Shown: positions 34,460 to 36,871 of the stretch, piece after piece | How positions within the stretch are numbered: position 1 is the stretch's first letter | Layout of the letters: every line of letters begins with the position of its first letter | DNA from: Guillardia theta CCMP2712 | Lineage: Eukaryota > Protista > Cryptophyta | Assembly: GCF_000315625.1 (NCBI RefSeq) | Contig: NW_005434588.1 | Span: 185,151 to 222,021, forward strand | Length of the DNA stretch: 36,871 nt | Reading direction: 5' to 3' | Notes under the pieces: generated by a model | What the model was told of the DNA's origin: nothing | Databases searched by the model: none | What the model saw: the letters and a program-made list of their open reading frames with translations, nothing else | Program-made: the position numbers and the translations under genes

Positions 34460-35070
34460 GACGGCGGCGGTGGATCAGTGCCACGGCCCGCCCAGTGCGG
34501 CCGCCCGGCGGTACGGTCGGTCCGGGGGTGACGGTACGGTCTCCGGGCCCGCCATGATGGACGGACAGTGTCTAAATTTGAAAGTGACTTGATAACGAAA
34601 GTTGAACTGCCAAGCTGATGAGGCGATTCAACCGGACGATTTCAACCAAGCCCGGTGGCATGATGCCGCCGCCACTGGGCCGTGAGTCCTGAGTGACTGA
34701 GCTTGCCGAATAATCCCTCGGCCCAGACTCTGACTCAGCCTGGCAGTGAGTCGGGTCACCGGGCGTGGATGGCACTAGGCCCCCTCTCACTGTCCGATCA
34801 GTTGATCGGCACGGCGGCGCGGCGGGGCGGCCGTGAGCCATTATTCAAATAAGTTCAAAGTCGCCCGGCGGTCGGGCCACGGGCCGGGCCAGCGCCGGTG
34901 CGGCGCCCGGCCGGCCCGGTGCCAACCTGCCGCTCAGTCACGACCGGGTGGGCAGTGCCCACCGTGACTGAGCGGCCACCACGAGCCGCTGAGCCGGGCC
35001 CGGAGCCTGACGGTCTGCCGGGCGGCCCGGAGTCCCGGAGTCCTGCGGGGGATGGCCCGACCCCTTCCTG
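34460..35070. promoter_or_regulatory. GC-rich palindrome-dense island upstream of the M16 peptidase
   Basis: Dense CCGG/GGCC/GAGTC/GACTC/GTGAC with internal AAGTT-rich spacers at about 34570-34610 and 34842-34862. Confidence 0.5.
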
Positions 35071-35544
35071 ACGTGTTCACCCGGAATGAGAGAGAAAGTG
35101 CGAGACGCGAAGTTAGAAGGAGGGAGGGAGGGAGGGAGGGAGGGAGGGAGGAAGAGGGAGACAGGGAGACAGGGAGACATGGAGGGAGAGGGAGGGAGGG
35201 AGGGAGGGAGAGGGAGGAGGGAGAGGAGGAGGGGGANNNNNNNNNNNNNNNNNNNNNNNNNNNNNNNNNNNNNNNNNNNNNNNNNNNNNNNNNNNNNNNN
35301 NNNNNNNNNNNNNNNNNNNNNNNNNNNNNNNNNNNNTGTTTCCAATCACAACCCAGTCTCCACAAACAATGGCACTCACGCACTCACTCACGCACGCACG
35401 CACGCACGCACGCACGCACGAATATACGAATGTGTCTCACGTTTGATTTGCCGAGACTGTCTTGTATAAGCAGGAGATATGATGAACTCCTCATTGAACG
35501 GACAAGAAGAGAAGAGAAGTGGCCTGAGCGATGGCCTCGCCATG

Positions 35545-35825
35545 GCGAGAGCGAGAGAGGGAGAGGGAGAGCGAGAGCGAGAGGGAGAGGCAGAGCGAGA
35601 GCGAGAGCGAGAGGGAGGGGGAGGGGGAGGGAGAGGGAGAGCGATGGCGATGGCGATGGCGATGGCGATGGCGATGGCGATGGCGAGGGCGATGGCGATG
35701 GCGAGGGCGAGGGCGAGGGCGAGAGAAAAAGAGAGAGGGAGAGCGAGAGCGAGAGAGTGAGAGTGAGATTGATAGTGAGGGAGAGGGAGAAGGAGGGCGA
35801 TAGTGAGAGCGAGAGCGAGTGCGAG
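35545..35825. repeat. Compound purine-rich microsatellite (GAGAGC/GAGGGA/GGCGAT)n
   Basis: Direct reading. Confidence 0.85.
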
Positions 35826-36051
35826 AAATGGAAGGGTGTTGGCACTTGGAGGGGGAGAGGGAGAGAGGAAGGTAGATGTCTGATGACGACAGAAGGGAAG
35901 GAACTCAAGCTTCATGACATGAATGGCATGCTTCATGACTAAGAACTTCTCGTTCACAGGCATCGACGCCCTCGTTCATGCTCCAGGGCCCACAATTGCC
36001 AACTTGAGGCAGCGAAACCAACGGTCCTCCCTCACCTCGGAGGGTCAGGAC

Positions 36052-36830
36052 ATGGACATGGGCTCTGACAACAAAGGAAACTATGTTCCTGCTCCTCAAG
36101 CAGAGGGGATGGACCCTGAGAGGAAGAGGAAGAGCTCGAGGAGGGCTGAGTACCTTCAGCCTCTCTTCGCCATCATTGCCATCCTACTTGTAGCCGCGGC
36201 CGTCTCGTTCGCTGTGGTGTACAACCCCTTCTCGGGATGGAGCCCTGACCTGAACGTGGACGAGTCGAGCGTCAAGATCATCAAGTCTCCTTCAGACGCT
36301 CGGGACTACCGCTTCTTCATCCTGCCCAACGGGCTCAAGGTCTTGACCGTCTCTGACCCGACGGCGGACCGAGCAGCGGCGTCCATGGACGTGTCGGTGG
36401 GATCGTTCTCCGACCCCGAGGCCTTCCCAGGACTTGCTCACTTCCTCGAGCACATGCTCTTCATGGGATCCAAGAAGTACCCGGACGAGAACCAGTACAG
36501 CTCGTTCCTCTCCCAGCACGGCGGCTCCTCCAACGCGTACACAGCAGCGGAGAGTACCAACTATCACTTCGACATTGTCCCCCAGCACTTTGAGAAGGCC
36601 CTGGACATCTTTGCGCAGTTCTTCATCAGCCCGCTCTTCCGCGAGGACAGCACGGAGCGAGAGGTGCTGGCAGTTGAGAACGAGCATGTCAAGAACCTCC
36701 AGTCGGACGGGTGGCGGGCGCAGCAGCTTCGGAAGAGCCTGTCCAACCCGAAGCATCCCAACTTCAAGTTCGGCACGGGCAACTTCAACACTCTCTGCAA
36801 CAGCACCAAGACTGGGTTTGCTCGGACCAA
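36052..36830 (+). CDS. M16A insulinase-family (IDE/Ste23/pitrilysin-like) zinc metallopeptidase with N-terminal TM anchor; partial, continues past the window
   Basis: Open frame (from acceptor 35959; ATG 36052): ...IIKSPSDARDYRFFILPNGLKVLTVSDPTADRAAASMDVSVGSFSDPEAFPGLAHFLEHMLFMGSKKYPDEN...HGGSSNAYT...EREVLAVENEH...KFGTGN. HxxEH motif at 36439-36453; GT donor at 36831. Missing from the ORF track because there is no stop in the window. Confidence 0.95.
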
Positions 36831-36871
36831 GTATGCCCTCCCTCCCTCCCTCCCTCCCTCCCTCCCTCCCC

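Noticed and set aside
36292-36830. Minus-strand ORFs over the insulinase
   Set aside because: Antisense shadows; the plus frame carries the HxxEH motif.

Overview
Gene-dense, intron-rich eukaryotic nuclear DNA from a draft assembly with five N-gaps. Introns are mostly 45-110 nt with a CTGAC-type branch point, and many are inflated by microsatellites. The overall style suggests a cryptophyte such as Guillardia theta (inference only). Manual splicing supports about ten genes, in order: a partial membrane protein (-), proteasome assembly chaperone PSMD9/Nas2 (+), a signal-peptide protein (+), a DUF268 methyltransferase-like domain (+, possibly fused to the previous gene), MON2 (-), a J-domain protein (+), an HMG-box protein (-), an EsV-1-7 Cys-repeat protein (-), a multi-exon protein ending in a bacterial-type caspase-like domain (-), and a membrane-anchored M16A insulinase (+, partial). 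The most interesting observations are: (1) the caspase-like protease appears fused to OB/cold-shock-like and possibly R3H-like nucleic-acid-binding modules, and sits next to a virus-related repeat gene and an AT-rich foreign-looking relic; (2) 5' intergenic regions share a stereotyped zoned oligonucleotide composition; (3) the AT-rich tract has about five times the expected GTAC count; (4) a duplicated TATA-to-AATAAA unit has no convincing ORF. All assignments are by eye, without database searches.
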